Shown: piece by piece, positions 48,319 through 59,293 of the stretch
How positions within the stretch are numbered: position 1 is the stretch's first letter
How the letters are laid out: each line of letters opens with the position of its first letter
Origin: an uncultured Acidobacteriota bacterium
GTDB lineage: Bacteria > Acidobacteriota > Terriglobia > UBA7540
DNA length: 64,000 nt
NCBI GenBank assembly: GCA_963804995.1
Contig: CAWDSK010000005.1
Span: 768,001-832,000, forward strand
Reading direction: 5' to 3'
The notes under the pieces: generated by a model
What the model saw: only the letters and a program-made list of their open reading frames with translations
Database searches by the model: none
What the model was told of the DNA's origin: nothing
Translations under genes and position numbers: made by a program

Positions 48319-51256
48319 ATGACCCAACTTGGAAACGCTGCAAAGCTGTCGAGCGAGAAGATCCTCAACCCCAGCGGGCTTAACCTTTATGGCGGCATCA
48401 CCGCGGATTCGCTGATTTTGGTGGTTCTCGCCGCGGGCCGGGGCACGCGATTCGGTCAGGATCCCAAATGCATTCAACCGGTGTACGGGACTCCGCTGGT
48501 GCGCCATTCGATTGACGCCTTCCGGGGCTTCAACCCGTCGCCAGCGATTTGCCTGGTGGGTTATCGCGCCGATGAGGTGATGAACGCGTTGGGGCAGGAC
48601 AACCTCTACGTGCAATCCGACAACCCCACGGGGGGAACTGCCTTTGCCGCCTTCGAAGCATTCAGCGTTCCCGATTTGTTGGAGCGGAATCCATTACTGA
48701 TCATCACCTATGGCGACCGGATTATTCCCTCGTCCGTGTTCCGCCGCTTGGTACCAGGCCCACCAGTCAGGGGAGCGCGAGGCTGACATTACTTTCCTGA
48801 CGGCGCAATACGAGCCACCCAAGAATCGCGGCAAGGGCCGGGTCTTGCGCGGCCAGGGCGGACGCGTGCTGCGCATCATGGAGGAAGGGGACATCGCCCG
48901 GGAAGCGGACGGGCCCGCGCGCCAGGCGCTTGCTGGAGGTGACAGAAGGAAACTGCCCGCTTTATGCCATCCGCGCGGCCACCTTGCACCGGCATGCGCT
49001 GGGGCTGACCAACAATAACGCTCAGGGCCAGTACTACCTGACGGACCTCATCGAAACCATCAGCCGCGAGAATGGGGATGTGCGCACGGTTACCACGACG
49101 GTGAGTGATCCGGAGTATGACCTGCTCTGCTCCGACGTGACCCGGCCGATGGATCTCGCCCTCTTGGAGGGCCTGCTGGCATCGACGCGCGGCCTGCTGT
49201 TTCCGGAAGACTTGGAGGTGGAAGAGGCGGCGCAAGCGATTATCGCGGATCGCCCGGCCGGGCAGGTGGCGTCCATCGCGCGCCAGTTGGGTGATTTGAT
49301 GTCGGCGGCCGCAAAGGAAAAGCTGGGATTCGACCCCCACCGCCCCATCGGAATTGGAATTTCGGGGGGGCGATTGCGCATTGCCTTCATGCACCCGGAC
49401 ATGGTCCGGTTTTTCGGACCAGCGTGGCAAATGCCCATCGGGGCCGGCGACGCGCAGGGTGAGGAACAGATTGTGGTACTCCTGCAGAGCGCGGACGATG
49501 GGCGCATCCACTTGTTTCCGATAAACCCCAAGTACCGCGAGAGCATCAACTTTGTCCTTTCCGACAATGAGGTGATGTACCCGAGCGAGGACGTCTCAGA
49601 CTTGCATGCGTACGAGGAGTTCGGCACGCGCATGAGCGAGAGCCTGCTGCTCTCCCTCGGTTATTTCAGTGAGGATGAACTGGAGGCGCGGCGGAAGAAG
49701 GGCCAGCCGCTGCCGCCACCCTCGTTGTGGGTGGGCAGTAACATGCGGCGCCCCTTCGCGCTGGTCGGCAATGCCATCGCCTCCATGCGCACGTTGCGCA
49801 GCGGGAGCCTGGGCGCAAAAATCCGCGAACATCTGGGTCGGGACAACTTCCGGGGATTGCGGCTGGTTTCCACGGGGGATATCGCGCAGGGCGGCTTCTC
49901 CAGTTCTTCCGCGCTGACCGTCGCCACCAAGAACGCGATTAATGCGCTGTGGGAAATTGGTATCCCCCCGGACGTTCTGGTGCACCTGGCGAGCCAGGCG
50001 GAGTATGGCACCGGCGTGCGGGCCGGGTCGCTCGATCAGGCGACGGAACAGAAGGGCCGGGCGGGGCAGGGAACGCTGATCTCCTCCAACCCGCGCGACA
50101 ACTACCGAATCATGGGGACTTATCCGGTTCCGGCCGATCGGTTCCAGATTATTTTCCCCTATACCGCGGAGCGCGACCGCAGTGCCTGGCGCTGGTCGTG
50201 GGGCGCCTATGGCGAGGGCGGCGCTTCCGGGCCCCTGACCACCGGAGAGATGCGCAAGCTCACCGGGAAGGCGGCGGAAATGGCCGCGCTTCTGACGCAG
50301 CTTCCGCTCGACACCGATTTCTTCAAGCAGATCGAAGATGACTTGGTGGACGATGGCCTGCTGAGCCGCGAGAGCCGCGCCTGGATTTGTTCGGTCCTGC
50401 GGCAGCTTCCGCTTCTGGCCAAACAGGAAGATCTGCGGCAGCGCCTGGAGGCAAATCGCGATTGGTATGTCGGGCAATTGATGGAAGCGAATGACCTCGA
50501 CAGGCGTGCGGCAACTCAGAAAGCCGATGCCACTGGTGACGTCGCTGGTGGCAGGCTGGCGAGATCCCTTGCTGCGGCGCGCCACGCCGGCGGGGCAAGT
50601 GATCGAGGAATGCGGGGTTCCCCTGCGCGCCATGGTCGCTTACCTGTTTGGCGAAGTGGCCAAGAACTTCTACCTCGTCCACCATCCCGAGGAGTGGATT
50701 GAATATGTCACGCTGTCGCAGCGCGGTGACCGTTCGGTGGAGATCGACCCGGATAGCCTGCCTTCCCGCGCGGCCATGGAAGGGGAATTGGATTGGGAAC
50801 GAGGAGCCACGGGGCCGGAACGGATGAACCTCTGGCTCGATCGGCACGGCGCCGCGCCATTTGATTTCAACCAGGGGCTCGACGACGAGGCGCTATCGCC
50901 TGAAAATCCACCCGAATTTCACCGGCTGAAGGGATCGAATTTTTTCCGCGGGCTGGCCCTGATTGACCTTGGCCGAGGCCATGCTCAAGAAGGCGTTTGG
51001 GCGGCAGGCCGTGGCCGTGCGCGTGAATGCAGCGGGCCAGGGGGACTATTTCCAGGTGCATGTGGACACTCACCAGGCTCCGGTGAGTGAGGTCAAGCAA
51101 TTCATCCGCACTGCGTTCTATCGCCGCTTCGGTTTGTCGCCTGATCCGGAATTTGTGGAGATTCATCCGGGGGGCGGCGCCGTGGGGCTGCATTTGAAGC
51201 GATATGACTCCCTTGCGCAATTGATCCAAAGATTACAGAAGCCTGCGACCGGCTGA
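48319..51256 (+). CDS. Probable bifunctional GlmU-like nucleotidyltransferase / galactokinase-like GHMP kinase (~977 aa after removing four +1 frameshifts)
   Basis: LAAGRGTRF..PK, TYGD and NNNAQGQYYLTDL are followed by GGFSSSSAL, AEYGTGVRAGSLDQ and NAAGQG. Frameshifts lie at ~48750, 48930, 50535 and 50969. Confidence 0.7.
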
Positions 51257-51363
51257 GGGCGTATGCCTTGACAAGACCTTAGCCGGCTTGCGTAGACCCT
51301 TAGTCCCTGGAGGGCGGCAATGTCCCCCCACCAAGGCGAAGTTGTCCAATAGGTCGCCGATAG

Positions 51364-51402
51364 TCGTCCCACATCCGCACACCCTCGTCCCACAAACGGA
51401 CA
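51364..51402. promoter_or_regulatory. Tandem 18-bp operator-like repeat upstream of the permease array
   Basis: TCGTCCCACATCCGCACA and TCGTCCCACAAACGGACA are 21 bp apart. Confidence 0.45.
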
Positions 51403-51512
51403 CTGTCTTCCCATTTGGGTAGGTGGCCAGCGGCATCGTATTGTCGTCAAAGGGTTTATCGCCCAGTGAAGTGGAAGTATGATTGCGGGGAAGTAGCCGG
51501 AGGAGTCCTTTC

Positions 51513-53960
51513 ATGCACGCCTTGCTTCAAGACGTTCGTTACGGCCTGCGCATGTTGGCCAAGAATCCCGGGTTCACAACGGTGGCCGTGCTGACCCTCG
51601 CGCTCGGCATCGGCGCGAACACTGCGCTCTTTTCCGTGGTGAACGGTGTGCTGCTTAATCCGCTCCGTTACGCGGAGCCGGACCAACTGGTGGCGCTCTA
51701 CTCGCGAACCCCCGAAATGTTGCGAAACTCTATTTCATATCCCAATTTCCTGGACTGGGTGCGCGACAACCGCTCGTTTTCCGCCTTGGCCGGTTTTCGG
51801 GGGGACGACTTCAACTTGACGGGGATGGGCGAGGCCGAACGCGTGCCGGCGGAGATGATCTCCGCCAACTTTTTCCCGTTGCTGGGCGTCAAGCCGGTCA
51901 TGGGCCGGGCGTTTCGTCCGGAAGAGGACCAGGTGGGCGCAGCGCCGGTAATTCTGATCAGCAGTGGCTTGTGGAAACGCAAGTTTGGTTCTTCGCCGGA
52001 CGTGCTGGGAAAGGCGCTCACGCTCAATGGTACGGTGTACACCATCGTCGGCGTGATTCCGGCTGACTTTCATTACCCCGGTAACAACTTCCATCCGAGC
52101 GATGTGTACGTTCCGATCGGCCAATGGAACGAACCCACCTTTCGCGACCGCAAAATCGGTATGGGCATGGACGCGGTCGGGAGGCTCAAGCCGGGCGTCA
52201 CGTTCGCGCAGGCCAATACCGACATGGAGGCGCTCAGCCGGCGGCTGGCTGAGGAGTATCCCGAGGCTGACAAAGGCACAGGCATTACGCTGGTTCGGCT
52301 CAAACAGGACCTAGTGGGCGACATCCAACCATTTCTGCTGATGCTGCTGGCGGCGGTGGGCTTTGTTCTGCTCATTGCGTGCGTCAACGTGGCGAATCTC
52401 CTGCTGGCGCGCTCAACAGCTCGCACCCAGGAGTTGGCCATCCGCTCCGCGCTGGGTGCGAGCCCCGGCCGCGTCATCCGGCAACTTCTGACTGAAAGCA
52501 TCCTCCTCGGGCTGGCGGGTGGCGGCTTGGGTTTGCTGCTGGCCTCGTGGGGCGTGCAAGCGGCGCTCAAGGTGCTGCCGGAGGCCTTGCCGCGCGCCGA
52601 GGAAGTTCATCTCGACGGGCGCGTTCTGTTGGTCATGCTGGCTGTATCGGTGCTGGCGGGTATTTTATTCGGCTTGGCGCCGGCGCTGAAGTATTCGCAA
52701 CGCGATCTTCACGAAACGCTCAAGGAAGGGGGGCGAGGGTTGAGTGGCGCCCGGCATCGCACCCAGAGAGTTTTCGTCGCCGTCGAAATGGCCCTCGCCG
52801 TCGTGCTGCTGGCCGGCGCCGGACTGATGATTCGCAGCCTCTCCAAACTCTGGAGCGTTGACCCCGGATTCGATCGCCACAACGTGCTGACCTTCTACTT
52901 ATCGTTTCCTTCCGCGATCGGCTCCCCCGAGGGTATTCGTGCCACGTGGCGCCAGATTCGCGACGGCCTCGACTCCGTGCCCGGCATCCAGGCTTCCTCC
53001 CTTACGGCTGGCGCTCTTCCCTTGGCGGGCGATTCCGAGCTCCCCTTCTGGCCGGAGGGCCAACCTAAGCCCTCCAGCCAAGCCGAGATGAAGATGGCGC
53101 TCTTTTACCTCATCCAGCCGGACTACTTGAAAGTCATGAGGATTCCGCTCCAGCGCGGCCGTTTTCTTACGCCGCAAGACAACGAGCATTCGCCATTGGT
53201 CATCGTCATTGACGAGCGCTTTGCGCGGACCTATTTCGACAACCAGAATCCTATCGGCAAGCGCGTCAACTTCAACGTCCTGAACACCACGGCGGAAATC
53301 GTTGGCGTGGTTGGGCATGTAAAACAGTGGGGACTCGAAAGCGATTCCAGGGCGTCCATCCAGGCGCAGTGCTACATGCAGCTCTCCCAGCTTCCGGACA
53401 AGTTCATGTCGATGGCGGCCACCGGCGTTGGGGTGGCGGTTCGGACAACATGGTCGCCACTGGCCCAGGTCAGCTCGATTCGGCGCGCCTTGGGCCAGAT
53501 CAATAGCCAGATGGTAATGTACGACACCGAGACTATGGACGGAATCATTTCCAGCTCGCTCGCCGACCGGCGGTTCTCCATGATCCTTCTGGGAATTTTC
53601 GCGGCCCTCGCCCTGGTTATGTCCTGTATCGGAATCTATGGCGTGATTTCCTATCTCGCCAGCCAGCGGACCCATGAGATTGGCATCCGCTTGGCGCTGG
53701 GCGCTGCGGAGCGGGATGTGCTGCGCATGGTTCTGGTGGAAGGCGCCAAGATGGCGCTCGTAGGCGTGGCCATCGGCCTGGTGGCCGCCTTCGGCCTAAC
53801 GTGCCTGATGACGAAAATGCTCTTCGGCGTCAGCGCCCATGACCCGCTCACCCTTGCCGGAGTTGCGGGCCTGTTGACGGTGGTCGCGCTGGCAGCCTGC
53901 TACATCCCCGCATGGCGGGCGACCAAAGTCGATCCCCTGGTGGCGCTGAGGTATGAGTGA
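51513..53960 (+). CDS. ADOP-type duplicated MacB/FtsX ABC permease 1
   Basis: Motifs [40 protein letters not shown] and DPLVALRYE. Confidence 0.93.
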   Translation: MHALLQDVRYGLRMLAKNPGFTTVAVLTLALGIGANTALFSVVNGVLLNPLRYAEPDQLVALYSRTPEMLRNSISYPNFLDWVRDNRSFSALAGFRGDDFNLTGMGEAERVPAEMISANFFPLLGVKPVMGRAFRPEEDQVGAAPVILISSGLWKRKFGSSPDVLGKALTLNGTVYTIVGVIPADFHYPGNNFHPSDVYVPIGQWNEPTFRDRKIGMGMDAVGRLKPGVTFAQANTDMEALSRRLAEEYPEADKGTGITLVRLKQDLVGDIQPFLLMLLAAVGFVLLIACVNVANLLLARSTARTQELAIRSALGASPGRVIRQLLTESILLGLAGGGLGLLLASWGVQAALKVLPEALPRAEEVHLDGRVLLVMLAVSVLAGILFGLAPALKYSQRDLHETLKEGGRGLSGARHRTQRVFVAVEMALAVVLLAGAGLMIRSLSKLWSVDPGFDRHNVLTFYLSFPSAIGSPEGIRATWRQIRDGLDSVPGIQASSLTAGALPLAGDSELPFWPEGQPKPSSQAEMKMALFYLIQPDYLKVMRIPLQRGRFLTPQDNEHSPLVIVIDERFARTYFDNQNPIGKRVNFNVLNTTAEIVGVVGHVKQWGLESDSRASIQAQCYMQLSQLPDKFMSMAATGVGVAVRTTWSPLAQVSSIRRALGQINSQMVMYDTETMDGIISSSLADRRFSMILLGIFAALALVMSCIGIYGVISYLASQRTHEIGIRLALGAAERDVLRMVLVEGAKMALVGVAIGLVAAFGLTCLMTKMLFGVSAHDPLTLAGVAGLLTVVALAACYIPAWRATKVDPLVALRYE

Positions 53961-54139
53961 AACGATCAGGTGATCGGGCCATTGGTCCCTTGATCCATTG
54001 GGCGATCTGGTCATCGAGGGAATTTGTGATTTAGCGATCCCGTGATTCTGTGATTGAAAATTCTTGGCAATCACTAAATCGCTAAACCACTCGATCACCA
54101 AATGGCTCGATGACCCGATGTCCCGATTAGAGGTTGACG

Positions 54140-56578
54140 ATGAGCACAGTGCTTCAAGATCTGCGTTTCGGCCTGCGTTTGCTTGTGAAGAACCCCGGCT
54201 TCACCGCCGTGGTGGTGCTGACGTTGGCGTTGGGAATAGGAGCTAACTCCACGGTCTTCAGCATCGTGGACCAGCTTTTCCTGCGGCCCTGGCCGGTGAA
54301 GGACCCGGGACGCCTGGGCGTCGTCCTCACGAACAGGCCTAAGGAGCCTGATGATCATCTCTCGTCGTATCCCGATTATCTGGACATCCGCAACGAAGTC
54401 AGCGCGTTCTCCGACGTCGTGGCCTATGGCTGGCGCGGGGGCAGCATAAGCGGCGAAGGCCGGGGCGAGTTTGTGGCCGTCCAGGTGGTATCGCAAAACT
54501 ACTTCGCCGCACTGGGCGTGAAGACTGCGGTGGGCCGGGCCTTTTCGCCGCAGCCGGATCAAGCTTCAGCCGAAGGCCACTCCGTGGTGGTGAGCTACGC
54601 TCTCTGGCAGCGCTATTTCGGCGGCGATCCCTCTCTGTCCGGGAAGACCACCCTGCTCGACGGAAAAGAATTCTCCGTGATTGGCGTCACTCCCCAGGAA
54701 TTTCATGGGCTAAGCCAAGGTTCGTTCTCGGGTATTTGGGTGACCACGGAGGGCTGGGACACCATGGTTCCCGGTGAAAAAGCATCCTATGCTGAGCGGG
54801 ACGACCGCTGGTTCGATTTGGCCGGCCGTCTTCGCCCCGGCGCCCAACTTCCTGAAGCCCGCGCGCAACTCCAGACGCTCGCGAAACGCCTTGCGCTCGC
54901 CTTTCCCGCCTCGAACAAGGACGTCAACTTTCCTGTTTACCCCCCTTCCAAAGTGCGTCATCAAGGTATCACCCTGGGATACTACCTGATGGGCATGGTG
55001 GGGCTGGTTCTCCTGATCTCCTGCGCCAATGTTGCCAATCTCCTGTTGGCGCAAACCGAAGGGAGGCAGCGAGAAATCGCCATGCGCCTGGCGTTGGGCG
55101 CCGGCCGGCGCCGGTTGTTCGGTCAGCTTCTCACCGAAGGACTTCTGCTTGCCTTAGCGGGAGGCGGCCTTGGGGTGTTGGTGGCGTCGTGGCTTATGAA
55201 GTTCGTGCCCACGATTGTTTCCCTCCCGTTCACCACCGACCTTACTCTCGATAGCCGGGTGCTTCTGTTTAGCGTGGCCGTCTCACTGCTGACCGCCGTT
55301 ATCTTTGGACTGGCCCCGGGGCTACGTGCTTCGAAGTGTGACCTGGTGCGAGTCCTTAAGGGTGATGATCCCCATTGGGGACGGGCCGCGGGCCGTCTTC
55401 CGCTGCGCAGCTTGCTGGTGTGCGGAGAAATCGGGCTCTGCGTCGTGTTGCTAGTGGGCTCGGGATTGTTACTCCGCAGCTTGCTATATAGTCAGCAGAT
55501 CAATCCCGGATTTGACCCGAAGAAAAATGTACTCATGCTCACGGTGGCGCCGCCCACACTTTACGGTTACAGCCAGAGCCAGGCGGCCGCGCTCTATCCT
55601 GCCTTGGCGGAGCACGTGGAATCCGTGCCGGGGGTGGTGCGCGCCAGCTATGCTCGGCGGCCTCCCCTTCCCCTGGGGGGTATGGAAGGCGGGGAAACCC
55701 ACGCGGTGATCATTCCCGGCGTCGAGCCGCCCCCGGGAACCGATTATTTCAAGATCCGCTACAACATTGTTGCGCCGAAGTTCTTCCAAACGATCGGCGC
55801 CCACATTATTAAAGGGCGGGAGTTCAACGCGCTCGATACCCCATCAAACGTGCCTGTCGTCATCGTCAATAGCGCCATGGCACGCAGATTTTGGCCGGGC
55901 CAGGACCCGGTAGGAAGATCCATCCAAATTGGAAAAAAGAATTATCAGATTGTGGGCATGGTGGAGGCGGGAAGGTACGTCAACCTTCATGAAACGGCCC
56001 AGCCCTACCTGTTCCTTCCTTTCACACAGAACTTTTCGTTCGAGTGCGTGCTTTTAGTGGAAACGGCCAGCGATCCTCGCGCCTTCATCCGCACTATTCT
56101 GAAAGAAACGGCGGCCGTAGACAAACACCTTCCCATTGTTAGTGCGGTGACCTTTAAGGACTATATGCGAAGCATTCTGGACGTGGAGCGTTCGATGGCG
56201 GCATTGCTCGCGAGCCTGAGCATCCTCGGAATGTTCCTGGCGGCGGTGGGCCTTTACGCGACGGTGGCTTACCTTGTTAATCGGCGTACGCATGAGATTG
56301 GGATACGTATGGCGCTGGGGGCACGCCGGGCCGAGGTTTTGAGGCTCGTCCTGGCCCAGGGAATGCGCTTGAGCGCCGCGGGTGCAGCCATCGGCGTGGT
56401 GGGCGCGTTTGCTGCCTCCCACCTCATGTCGAGTTTCCTTTTCGGTGTGAGGCTTACCGATCCGCTTTGCTACGTGCTGAGCATCCTCGTCGCTATCGGC
56501 GTGACGCTGCTGGCCTGCTACCTCCCCGCGCGCCGGGCGACCAAAGTCGATCCCATGGTGGCGCTGAGGTATGAGTAG
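54140..56578 (+). CDS. ADOP-type duplicated MacB/FtsX ABC permease 2
   Basis: Same motif set as permease 1; ends DPMVALRYE. Confidence 0.93.
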   Translation: MSTVLQDLRFGLRLLVKNPGFTAVVVLTLALGIGANSTVFSIVDQLFLRPWPVKDPGRLGVVLTNRPKEPDDHLSSYPDYLDIRNEVSAFSDVVAYGWRGGSISGEGRGEFVAVQVVSQNYFAALGVKTAVGRAFSPQPDQASAEGHSVVVSYALWQRYFGGDPSLSGKTTLLDGKEFSVIGVTPQEFHGLSQGSFSGIWVTTEGWDTMVPGEKASYAERDDRWFDLAGRLRPGAQLPEARAQLQTLAKRLALAFPASNKDVNFPVYPPSKVRHQGITLGYYLMGMVGLVLLISCANVANLLLAQTEGRQREIAMRLALGAGRRRLFGQLLTEGLLLALAGGGLGVLVASWLMKFVPTIVSLPFTTDLTLDSRVLLFSVAVSLLTAVIFGLAPGLRASKCDLVRVLKGDDPHWGRAAGRLPLRSLLVCGEIGLCVVLLVGSGLLLRSLLYSQQINPGFDPKKNVLMLTVAPPTLYGYSQSQAAALYPALAEHVESVPGVVRASYARRPPLPLGGMEGGETHAVIIPGVEPPPGTDYFKIRYNIVAPKFFQTIGAHIIKGREFNALDTPSNVPVVIVNSAMARRFWPGQDPVGRSIQIGKKNYQIVGMVEAGRYVNLHETAQPYLFLPFTQNFSFECVLLVETASDPRAFIRTILKETAAVDKHLPIVSAVTFKDYMRSILDVERSMAALLASLSILGMFLAAVGLYATVAYLVNRRTHEIGIRMALGARRAEVLRLVLAQGMRLSAAGAAIGVVGAFAASHLMSSFLFGVRLTDPLCYVLSILVAIGVTLLACYLPARRATKVDPMVALRYE

Positions 56579-56705
56579 GGCAGTGGTTAGTGGCTAGTGG
56601 TTAGTGGCTTTCAGCTCTCAGCTTTCAGCTCTCAGCCAAAAGCCCGGTGGGCCAGGGGGCCGTAGCTGATAGCTGAGAGCTGAGAGCTGAAAGCTGAGAG
56701 TTCAA
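56579..56705. repeat. Heptamer repeat arrays forming an inverted repeat
   Basis: (AGTGGYT)n is followed by (TCAGCTY)x4 and then (GCTGANA)x5. Confidence 0.7.
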
Positions 56706-56719
56706 AGGTGAACACACAA

Positions 56720-59129
56720 ATGAGCACACTACTCCATGACTTGCGTTTCGGCCTGCGCATGCTGGCCAAGAATCCCGGGTTCACAGTGGTGGCGGTGCTG
56801 ACACTAGCCCTCGGCATTGGCGTCAATACTGCGGTTTTCAGTTTACTCCACGATACGATTCTCGCGCGTCTGCCCATTAGCCATCCCCAAGAGTTGGTGC
56901 AGTTAACGTGGCGGGACGGCACGCAGAGCGGGTCACGTTTCAACTGGCCGGAGTACGAACCACTGCTTGCACCGCAGCCGGCGCTGCCTGGTTTGTTCGC
57001 TTACCTCAGCCAAGAAATGAATCTCCGGTCCGGCAATGTCTCTGAGCGCGTGCGCGCGCATTTGGTCTCCGGTTCTTACTACTCAACCCTCGGGGTCAAG
57101 GCTATCCTCGGCCGTACCCTCGCTGCCGGGGATGACCGGCCGGCTGCCGCACCCGCAGCCGTCCTCAGCTATGCATATTGGGGGCGCCGCTTCGGATTTG
57201 ATCACGCGGTCATCGACCGGACGGTCTACCTTGACGGCACACCATTCAGCGTGGTGGGCGTAGCGCCGCCGGAGTTCTACGGTTTGAACAGAGTTGCACC
57301 GCCTGATATCACTTGCCCATTCCACGTTACTCCACGACCCGATGGAGAATCCTACTACGTGTCTTTCTTCGCCCGTCTCAAGCCCGGTGTATCGATTGAG
57401 CAGGCGCGGGCTCAGGTTGCGGTCCGTTTCCACGCACTCCTCGATGAGGAGCTGAAATCTGAGCGACGCTGGATGGGTAACGTGAAGTTAGACGTGCTAT
57501 CCGCCACGACTGGCGAGGAGAGCGTACGCGTGTTCCTGAGGGAGCCGTTGCGGGTGCTCAGCATCCTCGTGGGCGTCGTGTTGCTCATATGCTGCACCAA
57601 CTTGGCTACGTTGTTGCTAGGGCGCGAGGCTGCGCGTTCCCGCGAAATGGCTGTCCGGCTCTCACTCGGAGCGGGCCGCTGGCGCGTCGTTCGCCAGTTG
57701 CTTACTGAGAGCGTGTTACTGGGGTTTGCGGGCGGTGCTCTTGGCCTGTTCGTGGGCTACGGCGTCCACGCCCTGCTACGGACCCTGCTGGCCATCGAGC
57801 AATCCACGAGCCTGCAATTCCGCCTGCACTGGCCGCTGTTAGCTTTTACTGCCAGCGTATCACTCGTCACCGGAATAGCGTTCGGGCTCGTCCCGGCGCT
57901 GCGCGCCACCGGAGTGAACCTCGGCACGATCATGAAAGGCGACGCCCCCGGGCTTGGTCGCCTCTGGCTCGGCCCCACGCGCACGTTCCTCGTCGTGCAG
58001 GTTGCGGCCTCCGTGCTGGTGCTGGTGGGCGCGACGCTTTTCAATCGCACGTTACGCAACCTCGCGGCTGTCGATGTCGGTTTCAACCGTGACCACCTCC
58101 TGCTGATGACCATCGATGCGCGCGAGTCACGCTTTCAAGGCGATCAGATTACTGGCCTTTTGGACGAACTTACGGCGCGGATACGGACCGTACCAGGCGT
58201 GCGTTCAGCCGCTCTCGCGGAGTGGGTACTGTTTGGGGAAGGGGCGAAAACCATCTGGGTGCAGGGCTTCGCACAAACCAGAGACTCGGTATCCTTTAAT
58301 AATGTCGGTCCAGATTTCTTCGTCACTGCCGGCATTCCACTGCTCATCGGGCGAGAGTTTTCCCCGCGCGACCGCCCCGGGTCTCCCCTGGTGGCGATCA
58401 TCAACGAAGCCTTTGCCCAGAAATACTTTCCCGGCCAGAATCCGCTCGGCCGGCGCTTCGGTGACGAGGGACCAAACTCGGCCGGTAAGTTCGAGATCGT
58501 TGGCGTCGTGAAGGAAGGCAGGTCCCAAAGCTTGCGTCTGGCGCCGTACCCGGCGGTCTTCCAATCATTCTGGCAATCTACCCAGCACGCGCCGTTCGTG
58601 CTCCATGTGCGGATCATGGGTAACACGGGAGCGACCGCCGCCAGCCTCGACCAAGCGATTCGTGGAATCGACCCGGGCTTGGTGGTTTATGACGTTCCGG
58701 ACGATGACCGAACAAGTGAACGGGACGTTGCGCCTGGAACGCACCTTCGCGATGCTGTCACTGTTGTTCGGTGCGCTTGCTCTTACTTTGTGCTGTGTCG
58801 GCCTTTACGGTGTCGCCGCCTACTCTGTCACGCGGCGCACTAAGGAAATTGGTATCCGGGTGGCGCTCGGTGCGGGGCGGGTCCAGATCATTTGGCTCTT
58901 TCTCCAACAAACACTGGGGCTCGTTGTTATCGGCGTGGTGATAGGGACGCCCCTTGCATTGGCGTGCGCGAAATTCGTCAAGAGCCTGCTGTTCGGGCTG
59001 ACGCCCGCTGATCCGGCTTCGCTTGCGATCGCGCTGCTCATGCTGGCCGGTGTGGCAGCAGTCGCGTGTGTACTCCCCGCCCGCCGGGCGACGAAGGTCG
59101 ATCCCATGGTGGCGCTGAGGTATGAGTGA
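56720..59129 (+). CDS. ADOP-type permease 3 (+1 frameshift at ~58695, probable sequence error)
   Basis: Removing one T gives YDVRTMTEQV, continuing to DPMVALRYE. Confidence 0.88.
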
Positions 59130-59293
59130 AACGATCGGGAGATCGGGTGAACGCAAGGGAAACATGAGAAGGGAAACATGAGAATGGAAACTCGAACCTC
59201 GCAGGCGCGAAGGGTGGGGTGGCTTCCGAGTTTCGAATTTCGAGTTTCGATTTTCGGTTTTTGATGAGCCGATGACCCGATTAGAGGTTGACG

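Noticed and set aside
48740..50975. Programmed ribosomal frameshifting in the fusion gene
   Set aside because: There are four shifts in one gene without slippery heptamers, and the same +1 signature occurs in unrelated genes, which points to sequence error.
51336..51445. Sigma28 (GCCGATAG at 51356) or sigma54 (CGGCATCGTATTGTC) promoter for the permeases
   Set aside because: The -35 match is poor for the first, and the GG-N10-GC spacing is not met for the second.
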